Origin: Candidatus Latescibacterota bacterium
GTDB lineage: Bacteria > Latescibacterota > UBA2968 > UBA8231
DNA: 64,000 nt
Assembly: GCA_965248265.1 (NCBI GenBank)
Contig: CBDFJF010000002.1
Coordinates: 1,824,001 to 1,888,000, forward strand
Reading direction: 5' to 3'
Shown here: positions 49,233-60,436 of the stretch, in pieces
Layout of the letters: the number at the start of each line of letters is the position of its first letter
Numbering within the stretch: position 1 is the first letter of the stretch
Translations under genes and position numbers: made by a program
Notes under the pieces: model-generated
What the model was told of the DNA's origin: nothing
Seen by the model: only the letters and a program-made list of their open reading frames with translations
Database searches by the model: none

Positions 49233-50819
49233 ATGCCAAGTCCGCGCGGTTCGCGCCCCAACATCGTTTTGATCATGGCCGACGACCTGGGCTACTCCGA
49301 CATCGGTTGTTTCGGCGGTGAGATCCAGACGCCGAACCTGGATCGGCTCGCGGCCGGGGGCGTCCGGTTCACCAACTTCTACAACAACGCCGTGTGCGTG
49401 CCGACGCGGGCATCGCTGCTGACCGGTCTCTATCCGCACCAGGTGCTCTCCGGGCAGGGGGGCAAGCTCCTCACTAGCAACAACGTCACCATCGCCGAGC
49501 TGCTGCGCGATGCCGGATATCGAACGCTGATGGCCGGCAAATGGCACAACGGGTACTGGCCGGACGCGACGCCGGTGGCCCGCGGCTTCGACCGCTACTG
49601 GGGACTGCTGTCCGGGTGCAGCAACTACTTCAATCCCGGTGAGCAGCGGCCGGGCGAACCGGCGCCAGCGCACAAGTTCCCCGACGACATGCGTCGTTGG
49701 GGCGATCAGGATCGGGTGATGTTTCCCTACACTCCCGAGGAGCGCGATTTCTACACCACCGACGTGTTCAGCGACAAAGCCATCGCCTTCCTCGATGAGG
49801 ACGGCGCCAGCGAGCAGCCGTTTTTTCTGTATCTGGCCGAATGCGCGCCGCACTCCCCGCTGCATGCATGGCCCGAGGACATAACACGGGTTGGCGACCG
49901 CTACCGCATCGGGTGGGACGAGTCGCGCCGCCGGCGCGCTGCGCGCCTGCAGGAGGAGGAACTGGTCGAGTCGCGCTGGGGTGTCTCACCGCGGGACGAT
50001 CGCGCTCCAGCGTGGGACGACGAGCCGGATCAGGCGGGGCGAGCCCACGCCATGGCCGTGTATGCAGCGATGGTGGAGCGCATGGACTTCGCCATCGGGC
50101 GGGTCTTGGACAAGATCCGCGCGCTCGGCAAAGAGCAGGATACGCTGGTGCTGTTCCTGTCCGACAACGGCGCCGCTGCACAGGCCATTCACAACACGCC
50201 CGACGTACCGCCCGGCCCGGTCGACTCCTATCACACCATCGATGCGCCGTGGGCCAACGCCAGCAACACGCCGTTCCGGCTGTATAAAATGTTCGACCAC
50301 GAGGGCGGCATCTCGACGCCCCTGATCGCCAGTTGGCCACGGATGATAGCCCAGGGTGGAGCGATCGACCGCACAGTCGGGCATGTGCTCGACTTCTTAC
50401 CGACCTTCGCCGAGCTGGCCGGCGTCGACGTGCCTGCCGAGTTCGACGGCCATCCGGTGCTCGCTCCCGAGGGTCGGAGCCTGGCGACGCAGCTCACCGG
50501 CCAGCGCCCATCAATCGAGCTGGCCGATGAAGATCGCATCCTGTGCTTCGAATTCAGCGGCTGCCGGGCCATTCGCCACGGGGGCTGGAAGCTGGTGAGC
50601 CAGGGCGCACCGCGCCAGCACGCAGGGATGACGATCGATGTCGCCGCCGACCGCTGGGAGCTCTACGACATCCACGCCCGCTGCGAAGGTACGGATCTCG
50701 GTGACCGCCACCCGGACATCGCCTCCCGTCTCGAAGGTGATTGGCAAGACTGGCTGCGACGATGCGCCGCTGATGCCGCCGCCGCCGGCGCCGTCACGGC
50801 CGCTCGCGGCAACCGCTGA
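49233..50819 (+). CDS. Arylsulfatase (Cys-type, formylglycine-dependent)
   Basis: RPNIVLIMADDLGYSD, CVPTRASLLTG, GKWH, APHSP and SDNG. Confidence 0.95.
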   Translation: MPSPRGSRPNIVLIMADDLGYSDIGCFGGEIQTPNLDRLAAGGVRFTNFYNNAVCVPTRASLLTGLYPHQVLSGQGGKLLTSNNVTIAELLRDAGYRTLMAGKWHNGYWPDATPVARGFDRYWGLLSGCSNYFNPGEQRPGEPAPAHKFPDDMRRWGDQDRVMFPYTPEERDFYTTDVFSDKAIAFLDEDGASEQPFFLYLAECAPHSPLHAWPEDITRVGDRYRIGWDESRRRRAARLQEEELVESRWGVSPRDDRAPAWDDEPDQAGRAHAMAVYAAMVERMDFAIGRVLDKIRALGKEQDTLVLFLSDNGAAAQAIHNTPDVPPGPVDSYHTIDAPWANASNTPFRLYKMFDHEGGISTPLIASWPRMIAQGGAIDRTVGHVLDFLPTFAELAGVDVPAEFDGHPVLAPEGRSLATQLTGQRPSIELADEDRILCFEFSGCRAIRHGGWKLVSQGAPRQHAGMTIDVAADRWELYDIHARCEGTDLGDRHPDIASRLEGDWQDWLRRCAADAAAAGAVTAARGNR

Positions 50820-50871
50820 AGTCGGTGTCTAAGGCCGCGTCATTGGTAGTCTAGTTCGGCTGAGAGATGGC

Positions 50872-51106
50872 GTCGTAGACGTAACAGTCCTTGTGCCACT
50901 TCTGGCCTTTGCTGCCGGGCAGGTTGAGGTGACAGTGTCGATGCGGAGGTCAGGGCGCCAGCCACAGCAGGGTCCTCGAACACCTCGTCGATCTGTCGGC
51001 GGACACCTTCGTGGAAGGAGGGCCGGTAGTCGGCGCGAACGGTCAGGTACCCGTTTGCGATGAATTGCTGTACCTGCTCGTCCGTTAACAGTTTCAACTG
51101 GCTCAA
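50872..51106 (-). pseudogene. Decayed duplicate of the PhyH-HEAT 5' end
   Basis: Near-identical to 48662..48988 but with 63-bp and 29-bp deletions, and truncated. Confidence 0.92.
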
Positions 51107-51357
51107 GGTGCACCTCCGGAGTAGGCCGCCGCTCGCCGCCTACATGTTACTGAGAATCCGCCCCCGCTCGCCAATCAGTGAGAAGATAATCCCCCATACC
51201 CCGTTCACGGTGACCTCCCCGAGGATGAGGCCGAGAAAGAACGGCTTGAGGTTCTGATACAGTCGGGCGCCGCCGTAGTGCATGATGGTGAGCTTGATGA
51301 CCCAGGCCACGAGGCAGGTGAACCAGATGTGGCCGGTTAGCCAGCCGACGCTGAGGG

Positions 51358-52669
51358 TACAAACCGGGTAGATTGGTAACACATCTGACCGGGTTGATGG
51401 GTGACACTCCTTCTACTTTTTGACCAACCCCAATTGGGAGGTTGGTCGATGCCCTGGATGGAGACAGCACCCATGGAACAACGTAAGCGATTTATCGCCG
51501 ACGATCAGCGCGGGCACTACTCGAGAGCGGAGCTGTGCGAGCGATACGGGATCAGCCGCAAAACCGGATACAAGTGGCTTCAGCGGCACGCCGAAGAGGG
51601 GGTGCCCGGGTTACAGGACCGCAGTCACGCGCCCCACACCTGTCCGCATCGCATGGCGCCAGAGATTGCCGAGCTCATTCTCGGAGCGCGCACACGGCAC
51701 CCCGATTGGGGACCGAACAAACTGTTGGACTGGCTGGCGCCTCGACATCCGCACATCTGCTCCTGGCCGGCGGTCAGTACGGCAGGCGATCTGCTGGTGC
51801 GCGAAGGCCTGGTGAAGAAGCGACGACGACGACGCCCACGTCAGCACCCCGGAGCCGTGCCGCCGACCACCGACAACCCCAACGATCTGTGGACGGCCGA
51901 CTTCAAAGGCCAATTTCCTACCAAGAACGGAGTTTGGTGTTTCCCTCTCACCATCAGCGATCAGCACACTCGCTATCTCCTGACCTGCCGCGCCCTGCCC
52001 GACATCAAGACCTTGCATGCGCGTCCGGTCTTCGAGAGAGCCTTCCGCGAATTCGGCCTGCCTCAGGCCATTCGCACCGACAACGGCGTTCCCTTTGCTT
52101 CCAGAGGATTGCATGGGCTATGCCGACTCAACGTTTGGTGGATGAGGCTCGGCATCGTGCACCAGCGGATCCGCCCGGCATCGCCGCAGGAAAATGGCGC
52201 CCACGAACGCATGCATCGCACCTTGAAGGCCGCTACCTGTCGGCCACCCGCCGCCAACAAGGCCGCCCAGCAGCGATCCTTCCAGCGCTTCCGACAGCTC
52301 TACAACGACGAGCGTCCCCATGACGCCCTCAACGGCAAGACTCCTGGCTCCCGGTACCACCCATCACCCCGGCCCTATCCCGGCCGCATGCCGACCATTG
52401 AGTACCCCGGTCACTTCGTCATCAAGCACGTCACCCGAGCCGGGACCATACGCCTCGGCCACAAGCTCATCTTCATCGCTCAGTCTCTCAAGCATCTCGA
52501 CATCGGTCTCGAGGAGATCGACGACGGCGTCTGGGCCATCTACTTCAACACCGTCCTCCTAGCCACCGTCGACGAGAGGGACATGATCGTACGGGAGTGA
52601 ATTCAATCAAAACAATAGTGTCACCCATCAACCCGGTTTAGACTGTTACCTATCAGCCCGGTTGCTGCA
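51358..52669 (+). mobile_element. IS481-family insertion sequence, ~1312 bp
   Basis: ~50-bp imperfect IRs, each with two ACCGGG-N2-GAT-N-GGT-N-ACA units. GAGGG is duplicated at 51353..51357 and 52670..52674. Confidence 0.92.
51449..52600 (+). CDS. IS481-family transposase (DDE)
   Basis: MPWMETAPMEQRKRF, GISRKTGYKW, WTADFKG, RTDNG and PQENGAHERMHRTLK. Confidence 0.95.
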   Translation: MPWMETAPMEQRKRFIADDQRGHYSRAELCERYGISRKTGYKWLQRHAEEGVPGLQDRSHAPHTCPHRMAPEIAELILGARTRHPDWGPNKLLDWLAPRHPHICSWPAVSTAGDLLVREGLVKKRRRRRPRQHPGAVPPTTDNPNDLWTADFKGQFPTKNGVWCFPLTISDQHTRYLLTCRALPDIKTLHARPVFERAFREFGLPQAIRTDNGVPFASRGLHGLCRLNVWWMRLGIVHQRIRPASPQENGAHERMHRTLKAATCRPPAANKAAQQRSFQRFRQLYNDERPHDALNGKTPGSRYHPSPRPYPGRMPTIEYPGHFVIKHVTRAGTIRLGHKLIFIAQSLKHLDIGLEEIDDGVWAIYFNTVLLATVDERDMIVRE

Positions 52670-54552
52670 GAGGGCGAAACCGAGGGGGTGGAAGGGCCAC
52701 CAGAACCAGCGATGCTGGGCCAACGTGAGTAATCCCGACGCGAGGCCGCCGATTCCCTTGAACAACCAACCGCGCATGTTGGCGTCGGGCGGATCGAGGA
52801 TCTCTCTGGCGATGCGCGGCCATCCGTGAGCGCCGGTCCAGCTGATGCCGTTGAGATTGATGGCGCCATAGACGTGGCACAGGTAGATGGTCATGAACGC
52901 GGCGCCGATGAAGCTGAGGGACAGAGCGATCATCATGCCCCAGAAGAGACGCGTCTTAGAGCCGACGATGGATTCGGCGAGCTTGATACCGTGGGCGCAG
53001 GCCAGTAGCGGTGAAGTGCGCGACTCTCCCTGCCACACAAAGGTGAAGTCGAGGGCTACCAGGCCTTTCGCGCCCAATGCCGAGGTGCCGAACCCGGATA
53101 TGATGAAGTAGGCGGGCACGTGCGGGCTTCTCGCCGTGGCGACGCCTGCCGTGGCCACGGCGCGTGCCACCCAGATGAAGAAGATGAGGCTGACGATGAC
53201 GAGAATCGGCACGAAAACGGCCGGCACCCCCGAGCGCCACAACCAGAAGCAGACGAACAGGAGGCTGGCGACGAAGCCGATGACGGCCGTGCGGTAGCGC
53301 AGCAGCTCCTCGCTGTCGTCGAGGCCGGAGTCGGGATTCCAGACCTTTCGCAGCACGTCGGCAAAATGGCGACGGGCGGTCCAAAGGCCCAGGAGGACGA
53401 AGACGATGACGGCGCCGGTGGCCTGGTGGGTCAAGTCCGCAGACTGGTGGTCGTCGTAGCCGCTCTGCAGCTCCGTGCTTCTGATGCCGAGGAAAGTGAA
53501 CAGGCCGTCTTCGAGCTTGCAGAACAGGTAAAAGAACCAGATGCTGAACGTAATCTGCAGATTGACGAGATAAAAGAAACCGATCCAGGCGAAGCTGAAG
53601 GCCATGGGCAGGTGGATCATCCCGCGCCACAACCTGATCGGCTCCAGCCGGAAGTTGAACTCGGGCACGGCGGGAAAGAACTCGTGCAGTCCGGTACAGC
53701 TGAAGTAGACGAAGGGGATCGCGAAACCGACCCACATGATTTTGCTGCGGAAGAGCGGCGCGACAGCGCCGAAGGCACCCTCGCTTTTTTCGATCATCCT
53801 GTTAGGCAGCTCCATCATCGGGTAGGAGAGGCGTTCGTGGACCGACCACTGGCGGTGCAGGATGGAACTGACGCAGAAGAGCATGAATCCCATGGCCATG
53901 ATAAGGGAGAACCAGTAGGCCAGCGGTTCGATCCACGCAGACCAGGCGATGGAAGCGCCTGCTGGGAGGCCCTCGTAGTAGTGCATGATCGACTGCATGT
54001 CCTGCGGCACCATCCAGGTGGGAATGTGATCGTGGAGGAGCTCGGCGTAGCGGTTCTCGGGGGTGGCGTAGTAGTAGGGAAACACCATGGTGCCGAGGAG
54101 GAAGAACATGAGCCCCCAGGTCGGCGTGGTGACCGCCATCAGGAGCATGCAATAGACGAGCACGAGATCGGCCCGCGACAGCGTGAAGTGACGCCGCACG
54201 AGGCTGAAGAGAACGTTGACGAGGAGGAAGACGAGGAAAAAGAAGATGGCGCCCGGCGACGAGGGGTTGAACCCGATGTGGAAATACGTGAAGGCGAGCC
54301 CATATGGAGCCACCAGCCCGACGGCGAGGCTCATGGCCGCTCCGATGAGGAGTCCCTTCAAGGAAAAAGGTGAAGGGGGGTTCATGAAACGCTCATCCAA
54401 GGTCAGCGCCCGTTTCCAAGAGCGCGTCAATGCTGCCCTGCTGATTAGGTGTTTGCGAGTGTAGTGATCCAGTGTTATTCGTGAAGAAAGGACCTGTCGC
54501 AATCGGTCGGCAAGAGAGAAGGGAGCTACGATCTTCCATCATCTGACAACGA

Positions 54553-54830
54553 TCAGAAACAGCCGTCAAGCTTGCTGTCGCCGTCAGGACAATGGGCTGA
54601 CGTCGTGGCGGTCCTACTCGGCGGCGCCTTCTCCCTCCACTGCTCCCGGCACTCAGCCACGAAACGCTCGAAGAAGGCTCTGGTATTACTCGCGAGACCA
54701 TCGAGATAACCCGGGGTGTCGAACCAGGGCTGGTTCGAGAAGTAATCGAACCGAGGCATTGAGGCCTTGGTGTAGGTGAATAGGAGAGTGCGGCGCAGCT
54801 TGTCCGTGTGATAGCGCCCCCTGTGGAACC
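54553..54830 (-). pseudogene. 3' fragment of a PhyH-family gene
   Basis: FHRGRYHTDKLRRTLLFTY... begins a few bases after the upstream stop. Confidence 0.65.
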
Positions 54831-54838
54831 GCCTGACC

Positions 54839-57361
54839 TCAGCGCTCAGCCAGCTTCATCAACGCCGCCAACACTCGAATCCGCGCGCCGTCGGCCAACG
54901 TGCGATCCATTGTCTCGTCCAGCCACCACGTCGTCTCGGAGAACGCGGCCTCGCAGACACTCGCCGGCACGCTCTCCAGCAGCTGACGCGCCTCCGCCAC
55001 GTCCGGACCCGTCGCCCCCTGCGCAGACGCCTCCCGGATCGCCCGATCCAACATCACGAAATACTCGTAGTCCTCCACCCCTTCGCGCTGCGCCTCCAGG
55101 TGTTTGCCAGCCGTCACCGAGTCCTCGGCGATAAACAAAGGCGTGTACGCCGTCCCCTTGGCCAGATACTCGTTCCACGATGAGGCGCCGGCCGCGTCGG
55201 TCAGCGACCAGAAATACATCCCCGTGGCCCCATAGCGCCAACACCACCACGCCGTCAGCCGGTAGTAGGCGTACGGATCCAGAAGCCGCGCCGGGCCATC
55301 AGCATTATAGAACTCCAACTCGATCCCCTGATCGCGCTTCTTCAGGTAATACTCGCGAAACTCCTGGGCCGCGTCAGGAGGCCGTATAGGTGTAGAAGCA
55401 TTCAGGAAGATCTTGAGGTGCGGGCACAACACATGGCACGCATCTATCATCGCCTCCGTCGCCTGGCTCATGTCCCGGTAGGTCGGATCCTCCCAGATGC
55501 GGACCCCCGTATCCGCCTCCCGGATAGCCTTAGCCCACGCCAGAATGACCTGGTCAGCCTGCCGCACCTCGTTCGGCTCATCCACCAGCAGCAGCGCCAA
55601 CTGTTCCGGCTTCAACCCCTTCTCCACTGCATGCCCCGCCCAGAACGTCACCCACGCCTTCACCGCCGTCGCGAATTCCGGTGTGTCCATGGCCCATGAG
55701 TACTTTTCGTCGCCCGCATACGTGAATCGATCGCCCACTCTCACGAACACGAGGTACTGGGCTGCACCCGGCCACAACTCGAGCCACGCATCGAACTTGG
55801 CTGTGTTGGGTGGCGCCGTCATCGCTCCCTGCGCATCATACGTGCCCTGTACATCCGGGTAGCTCGGATTCAGCAGCCGGGGCGAGCCCCACGGCGAGTC
55901 CACGAAACGTTCGCGCAGGTGCTGAACGATCAGCGATTGGTTCTGCTCCGTCACCAACTTGGTCTTACTGATGGTCTCATGCGTATAGTCCCATCCGCCC
56001 AGGTGAAGCGACTGCTTCTCCGGGAAATCCAGGGGATACAGGTGCATGCGCAACGGAAACCGCTTGCCCCCGGCCGCAGACTCCACGAGGACCTCGCCCT
56101 CATACGTACCCGGCTCCACCTCCACCGGATGGAACGTCAGCCACACCTGCCGCGTCATCCCCGAGGGCACGGTCACCGTATACAGATTGTCCTCAGCAGA
56201 AACCTGCGGCAGCGCCGCCGCCACCGGCACGCCAGATCTGGTATCCGTCCAGCCTACTTCGTGAACCGTTACATATTCCGGATTGTCGCCCCCGGGAAGC
56301 CCCCTCAACCGGAACCTCACCTGCGCCGACTCATCACTGCTGTTGCTCACGTTGAACGCTGCCGCGCGATATTCCTTCCGCATCAGGTGGACCTCGACGG
56401 ACAGTTCCGGCGCCGTGTCCGGCATGCCGATGAGCGGAAGCGGATCCCACAGATCCGAACGCCAGAACGTGAGCGGCTCTAAACCCCTGGCGCGCCACAG
56501 CCACGCCTGCGTACGCAACACCCGTTCATGCCACGAATTCAGCGGCAGTACGGCCCGAAAATCTTCCCCGTACGCCCTGCACGCCTGCCCCAACTCCCCT
56601 TCCACGGCCGTCAACTCGTCGTGCACATCTTGCTGTGTCTGGACCGGGACCCCCTCCTCCTCCGTCGCCTTCTTCAGGGCTTGGATGTCCTGCACAAACC
56701 GCCTCCGAATCGCCACCTGAATGGCGAGCTGGCCCGAATGCGCCTCCACGTCCGTAAAACCCGGGCCCGGCAGCGGCTCATTCACCCACTCCGGCTCTCC
56801 CGCGTAGACCTCGATTTCGTCGACGAACGCGTACCGCCCCACGGGCCACACAACCAGGCTGACATAGCGGCCGTGAGTCCTCAACTGGTCCGTCCAGTAC
56901 CGATGCGTCCCATACGTCCCATACTCCGTCGGTAAGGGGGGGCCGTGTGCGGCGCTCAACCCCACCAGCTCCCCGATCTCATGGAATTTCTTGTCTTCAC
57001 CCGCCGTGAAGACGAAGATCGCCTCCGGCCATTTCACGCTCGAAGCGCCGGCCGCCGTATGGAACGAAATACCCCGTATCGGCCTCACCGTACCCAGGTC
57101 CAGCGTCAGGATAACGGGCTTCACTCTGACCCAGCCCACTGTCGACAGCTGTGTCCAAAGACTTTCCGCCGTTTGATCGTACACGCCATCCGTCAGTTGC
57201 GTGACATCAGCGGCGTCCGTGCAATGCTCATAATTCGGCGCCGGCTCCATCGTGTAGCTCGCCCCCAAGGCAATGTTCTCGCTCGGACGATCCACCGCCG
57301 TGTCCTGCGCCCACGCCAGTCCCACTATCAACAACCCTATTGCTGCCAATGTCCGTTTCAT
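54839..57361 (-). CDS. Secreted discoidin plus GH123/DUF4091-like protein (no CTD)
   Basis: 840 aa with a signal peptide. Colinear with 7974..11267 but lacking one repeat and the CTD. Confidence 0.85.
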   Translation of the reverse strand: MKRTLAAIGLLIVGLAWAQDTAVDRPSENIALGASYTMEPAPNYEHCTDAADVTQLTDGVYDQTAESLWTQLSTVGWVRVKPVILTLDLGTVRPIRGISFHTAAGASSVKWPEAIFVFTAGEDKKFHEIGELVGLSAAHGPPLPTEYGTYGTHRYWTDQLRTHGRYVSLVVWPVGRYAFVDEIEVYAGEPEWVNEPLPGPGFTDVEAHSGQLAIQVAIRRRFVQDIQALKKATEEEGVPVQTQQDVHDELTAVEGELGQACRAYGEDFRAVLPLNSWHERVLRTQAWLWRARGLEPLTFWRSDLWDPLPLIGMPDTAPELSVEVHLMRKEYRAAAFNVSNSSDESAQVRFRLRGLPGGDNPEYVTVHEVGWTDTRSGVPVAAALPQVSAEDNLYTVTVPSGMTRQVWLTFHPVEVEPGTYEGEVLVESAAGGKRFPLRMHLYPLDFPEKQSLHLGGWDYTHETISKTKLVTEQNQSLIVQHLRERFVDSPWGSPRLLNPSYPDVQGTYDAQGAMTAPPNTAKFDAWLELWPGAAQYLVFVRVGDRFTYAGDEKYSWAMDTPEFATAVKAWVTFWAGHAVEKGLKPEQLALLLVDEPNEVRQADQVILAWAKAIREADTGVRIWEDPTYRDMSQATEAMIDACHVLCPHLKIFLNASTPIRPPDAAQEFREYYLKKRDQGIELEFYNADGPARLLDPYAYYRLTAWWCWRYGATGMYFWSLTDAAGASSWNEYLAKGTAYTPLFIAEDSVTAGKHLEAQREGVEDYEYFVMLDRAIREASAQGATGPDVAEARQLLESVPASVCEAAFSETTWWLDETMDRTLADGARIRVLAALMKLAER

Positions 57362-57586
57362 CGCCTGTCTCTCACAGTCTGATTCTAGTGCCGTGTCCCG
57401 GAAGTATCAGCGCCGATCCATCCAGACTCGCGGCGTTGCTCTCACTTGCGATATGCTCCGCTACCCGTACCACAGTAACAAGATCCCGTAACCTGAGGAG
57501 AGCGCTTGCGTGAGGTAGAGGATTTCCAAATGCCAGCACCATCGGATTAGCGTTGAGAGAGGACGCCTGGAGGTCGGCGCCAGACC

Positions 57587-60202
57587 TCACCGCTCAGCCA
57601 GCGCCGTCAGAGCCGCCAACACCTGAATCCGGCCCTTGTCCGCCAGGGTGCGGTCTATCTTCTCGTTGAGCCAGTCGTGCCTCCCCGGGGACCTCGAATC
57701 CCCGATCTCGTGGCCCCCGGCCTGCAGGACGCTCAGCGGTAGGGTCGCCAACAAGCGACGCGCCTCCTCCACCTCCGGACCGATCACCCCGGACGCCGAA
57801 GCTTCCTGAATCGCCCGATCGAGCATCGCCAAGTACTCGTAGTCCTGCACACCTTCCCGCGCCGCCTCGAGGTGTTTTCCGGCCGTCACCGAGGTCTCGT
57901 CGAGGAAGATGGGGGAGTAGGTATTGTTGAGGGAGAGGTATTCGTTCCACGATGAAGCGCCGCCCGTGTCCGTCAGCGACCACGTGTAGAAGCCATCGGC
58001 CCCGAAGCGCCAGCACGACCACGCGTTTAGCCGGCCCGAATACGGATCGGAATCCCGACCGCTACCCCCGTAGAATTCCAGCGCGATGCCCTGGTCCCGC
58101 TTCGTCAGGAAGTAGTCGCGATACTCCGGGTCGCCCCTCAGGAAAGCCCCGTAATTGGGGGACAGTACGTGAACCAAATCGATCATCTCCTGATCGGCCT
58201 GGCTCATGTCGCCGTGGGTCACGTCCTCCCAGATGCGGACCCCTGTGGCGGCCTGGCGGATCGGCTTCGACCATTCTAGTATGAGCTCGTCCTGGAAGGG
58301 CTCGTCGGGCTCGTCCACCAGCAGCAGGGCCAACTGTTCGGGCTTGAACCCCTTCGACACCATGTACTCCGCCCAGAAGGTCACCCAGTCCCTGACCGCC
58401 GTCTCGAACTCCGGTGTGCCCATCTGCCATGACTGGAACTTGGGTTCCGCTTCGGCGAAGACCATGTACTGGGCCGCGTCCGGCCACAACTCGATCCAGG
58501 CGTCGAAGATGTCGGTGGAGGGTGGCGCGATCATCGCTCCCCGTTCGTCGTGGGTGCCGCGCGGCAAGGCCAGGCTGAGGCCCCAGGGCGAGTCGACCCG
58601 GTGCTCGCGCAGGTGCTCGACGATCGACCTCCGGTTCTGCTCGGTGATGTAGGGAAAATGACCAATACGGTCGGTGTAGTCCCAGCCGCCCATGTGCAGA
58701 GTCTGCTGCTCGGGAAAGTCCAGGGGATACAGGTGCAGGCGCAACGGAAACCGCACGCCACCGGGGGAGGGAACTACGACCTCGCCCTCGTACACACCCG
58801 GGGCCACGTCCACCGGGTGGAAGGTCATCCACACCTGCCGGGTCATTCCAGACGGCACGGTTACCGTGTACAGACCGTTCTCGGGAGCCACCTCTGGCAG
58901 CGCCGCTGCGACAGGCATCCCGTGCCGGGTGTCCGTCCAGAGCACCTCGTGAACGGTGACGTATTCGGGATTGTCGCCGCCCGGTAGCCCACTCAGGCGG
59001 AACGAGACCTCCTTCGGTTCGTCGGCGCTGTTGCTGACGTTGAAGGCGGCGGCGCGGTGTTCCTGCCGCATCAGGTGCACTTCGACGGCCAGCTCGGCCT
59101 CGGCGGTTAGTACCGCCGCCGTGTCAGGCGCGCCGATGAGGGGGAGTGGATCCCACAGGTTTGAGTGCCAGAACGTGAGCGGTCTAAGACCGGCGGCGCG
59201 CCAGAGCCAAGCCTGGGTGCGCATCACCCGTTCGTGCCACGGATTCAACGGCAGTATGGCCTGGAAGTCATCGCCGGACTCGGTGGCCGGCCCCAGATTC
59301 GCTTCCACGTGTGCCAGCTCGCCGAGCACGTCAATTCGTACCTGAACCGGGACACCCTCTTCTTGGGCCGTCTGCCGTAAGGCCTCGATGTCCTGCGCGA
59401 GGCGCGCCCGAATTCCCTTCTGGATGGCCAGCCGCTTCGCGTACGCCTTCGGATTAGGGACGGCTGGCCCCGTCAGCGGCTCATCCAACCACGCGGGTTC
59501 GCCACCGTAGACCTCGATCTCGTCGACGAACGTGTACGGCTCGTTCCACACCATCAGACTGACGTAGCGTCCGTGCGTTCGAAGACGGTCGGTCCAGTAG
59601 ATGTAGGTCCCGTACCTGGCGGCGCGCTCCTCAATGGCATCGCGAAGCACCTGGGCACGCACTTCGGGGGTGAACTTCGGCCCGAAGCGGTCCTTGCGGA
59701 ACGCGTAGTGATGGTGTACTTGAGCGTTGCTGAAACCCTCGTCGATCCAAATGTCAGGGTTCGCCCTCGTCGGAACGAGCGGTCCGTGCTGTTGTTCGCT
59801 CAATCGCACCAGGTCGCCGACCTCGTGGAACTGCTCGTCTTCATCGGCCACGAGGATGCGGATCGTCAGGGGCCACTCCACGTCCGCGAACCCTCCCGCC
59901 GTACTGAACGAGACGCCCCGGATCGGCTGTACCGCACCCAGGTCCAGCGTGAAGATCGAAGGGGCCTTTTCCTGCCAGCCCACCGTCGACTTGTTGACCC
60001 AGAAGTAACCCTCCGTGTACTCCCCGTCCGTCAGCTGCTCGAGATCACCGGGGTCGGAGCAGAGCCCGTAGTTGGGACCCGGGTCTAACGTGTAGCTCGC
60101 CCCGAGCGCGATGTTACCGCTTGGGCGGTCTGCGGACTCCGCGGCCTGTGCCCACGCCAGTGCAACTATCAGCGATGTCGCTGCCGCCAGCATCGGTCTC
60201 AT
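57587..60202 (-). CDS. Secreted discoidin plus GH123/DUF4091-like protein (no CTD, with insertion)
   Basis: 871 aa, third paralog, with an extra ~50-aa segment RANPDIW...EERAAR. Confidence 0.85.
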   Translation of the reverse strand: MRPMLAAATSLIVALAWAQAAESADRPSGNIALGASYTLDPGPNYGLCSDPGDLEQLTDGEYTEGYFWVNKSTVGWQEKAPSIFTLDLGAVQPIRGVSFSTAGGFADVEWPLTIRILVADEDEQFHEVGDLVRLSEQQHGPLVPTRANPDIWIDEGFSNAQVHHHYAFRKDRFGPKFTPEVRAQVLRDAIEERAARYGTYIYWTDRLRTHGRYVSLMVWNEPYTFVDEIEVYGGEPAWLDEPLTGPAVPNPKAYAKRLAIQKGIRARLAQDIEALRQTAQEEGVPVQVRIDVLGELAHVEANLGPATESGDDFQAILPLNPWHERVMRTQAWLWRAAGLRPLTFWHSNLWDPLPLIGAPDTAAVLTAEAELAVEVHLMRQEHRAAAFNVSNSADEPKEVSFRLSGLPGGDNPEYVTVHEVLWTDTRHGMPVAAALPEVAPENGLYTVTVPSGMTRQVWMTFHPVDVAPGVYEGEVVVPSPGGVRFPLRLHLYPLDFPEQQTLHMGGWDYTDRIGHFPYITEQNRRSIVEHLREHRVDSPWGLSLALPRGTHDERGAMIAPPSTDIFDAWIELWPDAAQYMVFAEAEPKFQSWQMGTPEFETAVRDWVTFWAEYMVSKGFKPEQLALLLVDEPDEPFQDELILEWSKPIRQAATGVRIWEDVTHGDMSQADQEMIDLVHVLSPNYGAFLRGDPEYRDYFLTKRDQGIALEFYGGSGRDSDPYSGRLNAWSCWRFGADGFYTWSLTDTGGASSWNEYLSLNNTYSPIFLDETSVTAGKHLEAAREGVQDYEYLAMLDRAIQEASASGVIGPEVEEARRLLATLPLSVLQAGGHEIGDSRSPGRHDWLNEKIDRTLADKGRIQVLAALTALAER

Positions 60203-60436
60203 GGCTTGTCCTTGCTATCTGATGAGCGCTTCTTCCTCGTACTCTCAAACTGCAAAAAGGCGGGCTGCAACGCGAACGATGGGTGGCCGCGTCATGCGCC
60301 CTCTCACTGGTTCTGGCTCGCTTTTGACGATGGCGATCGGTATCATCCTGCAGATCGACACCGGCCCCAATCATCAAAAACAGTGGTCGCCGGGCGAGAA
60401 CCGATCATGACCTCTCGCGAACAAGGAGAAGACCGA

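Larger units (their letters stand above)
51140..54385 (-). pseudogene. DUF6785/DUF6784-like gene interrupted by IS481
   Basis: MNPPSPFSLKG...WWPFHPLGFAL (54385..52670) resumes as SVGWLTGHIW...ILSNM* (51352..51140). Confidence 0.92.

Noticed and set aside
60280-60380. Possible orphan signal-peptide start (MRPLTGSGSLLTMAIGIIL)
   Set aside because: No clear RBS or homolog in the window, so too weak to call.
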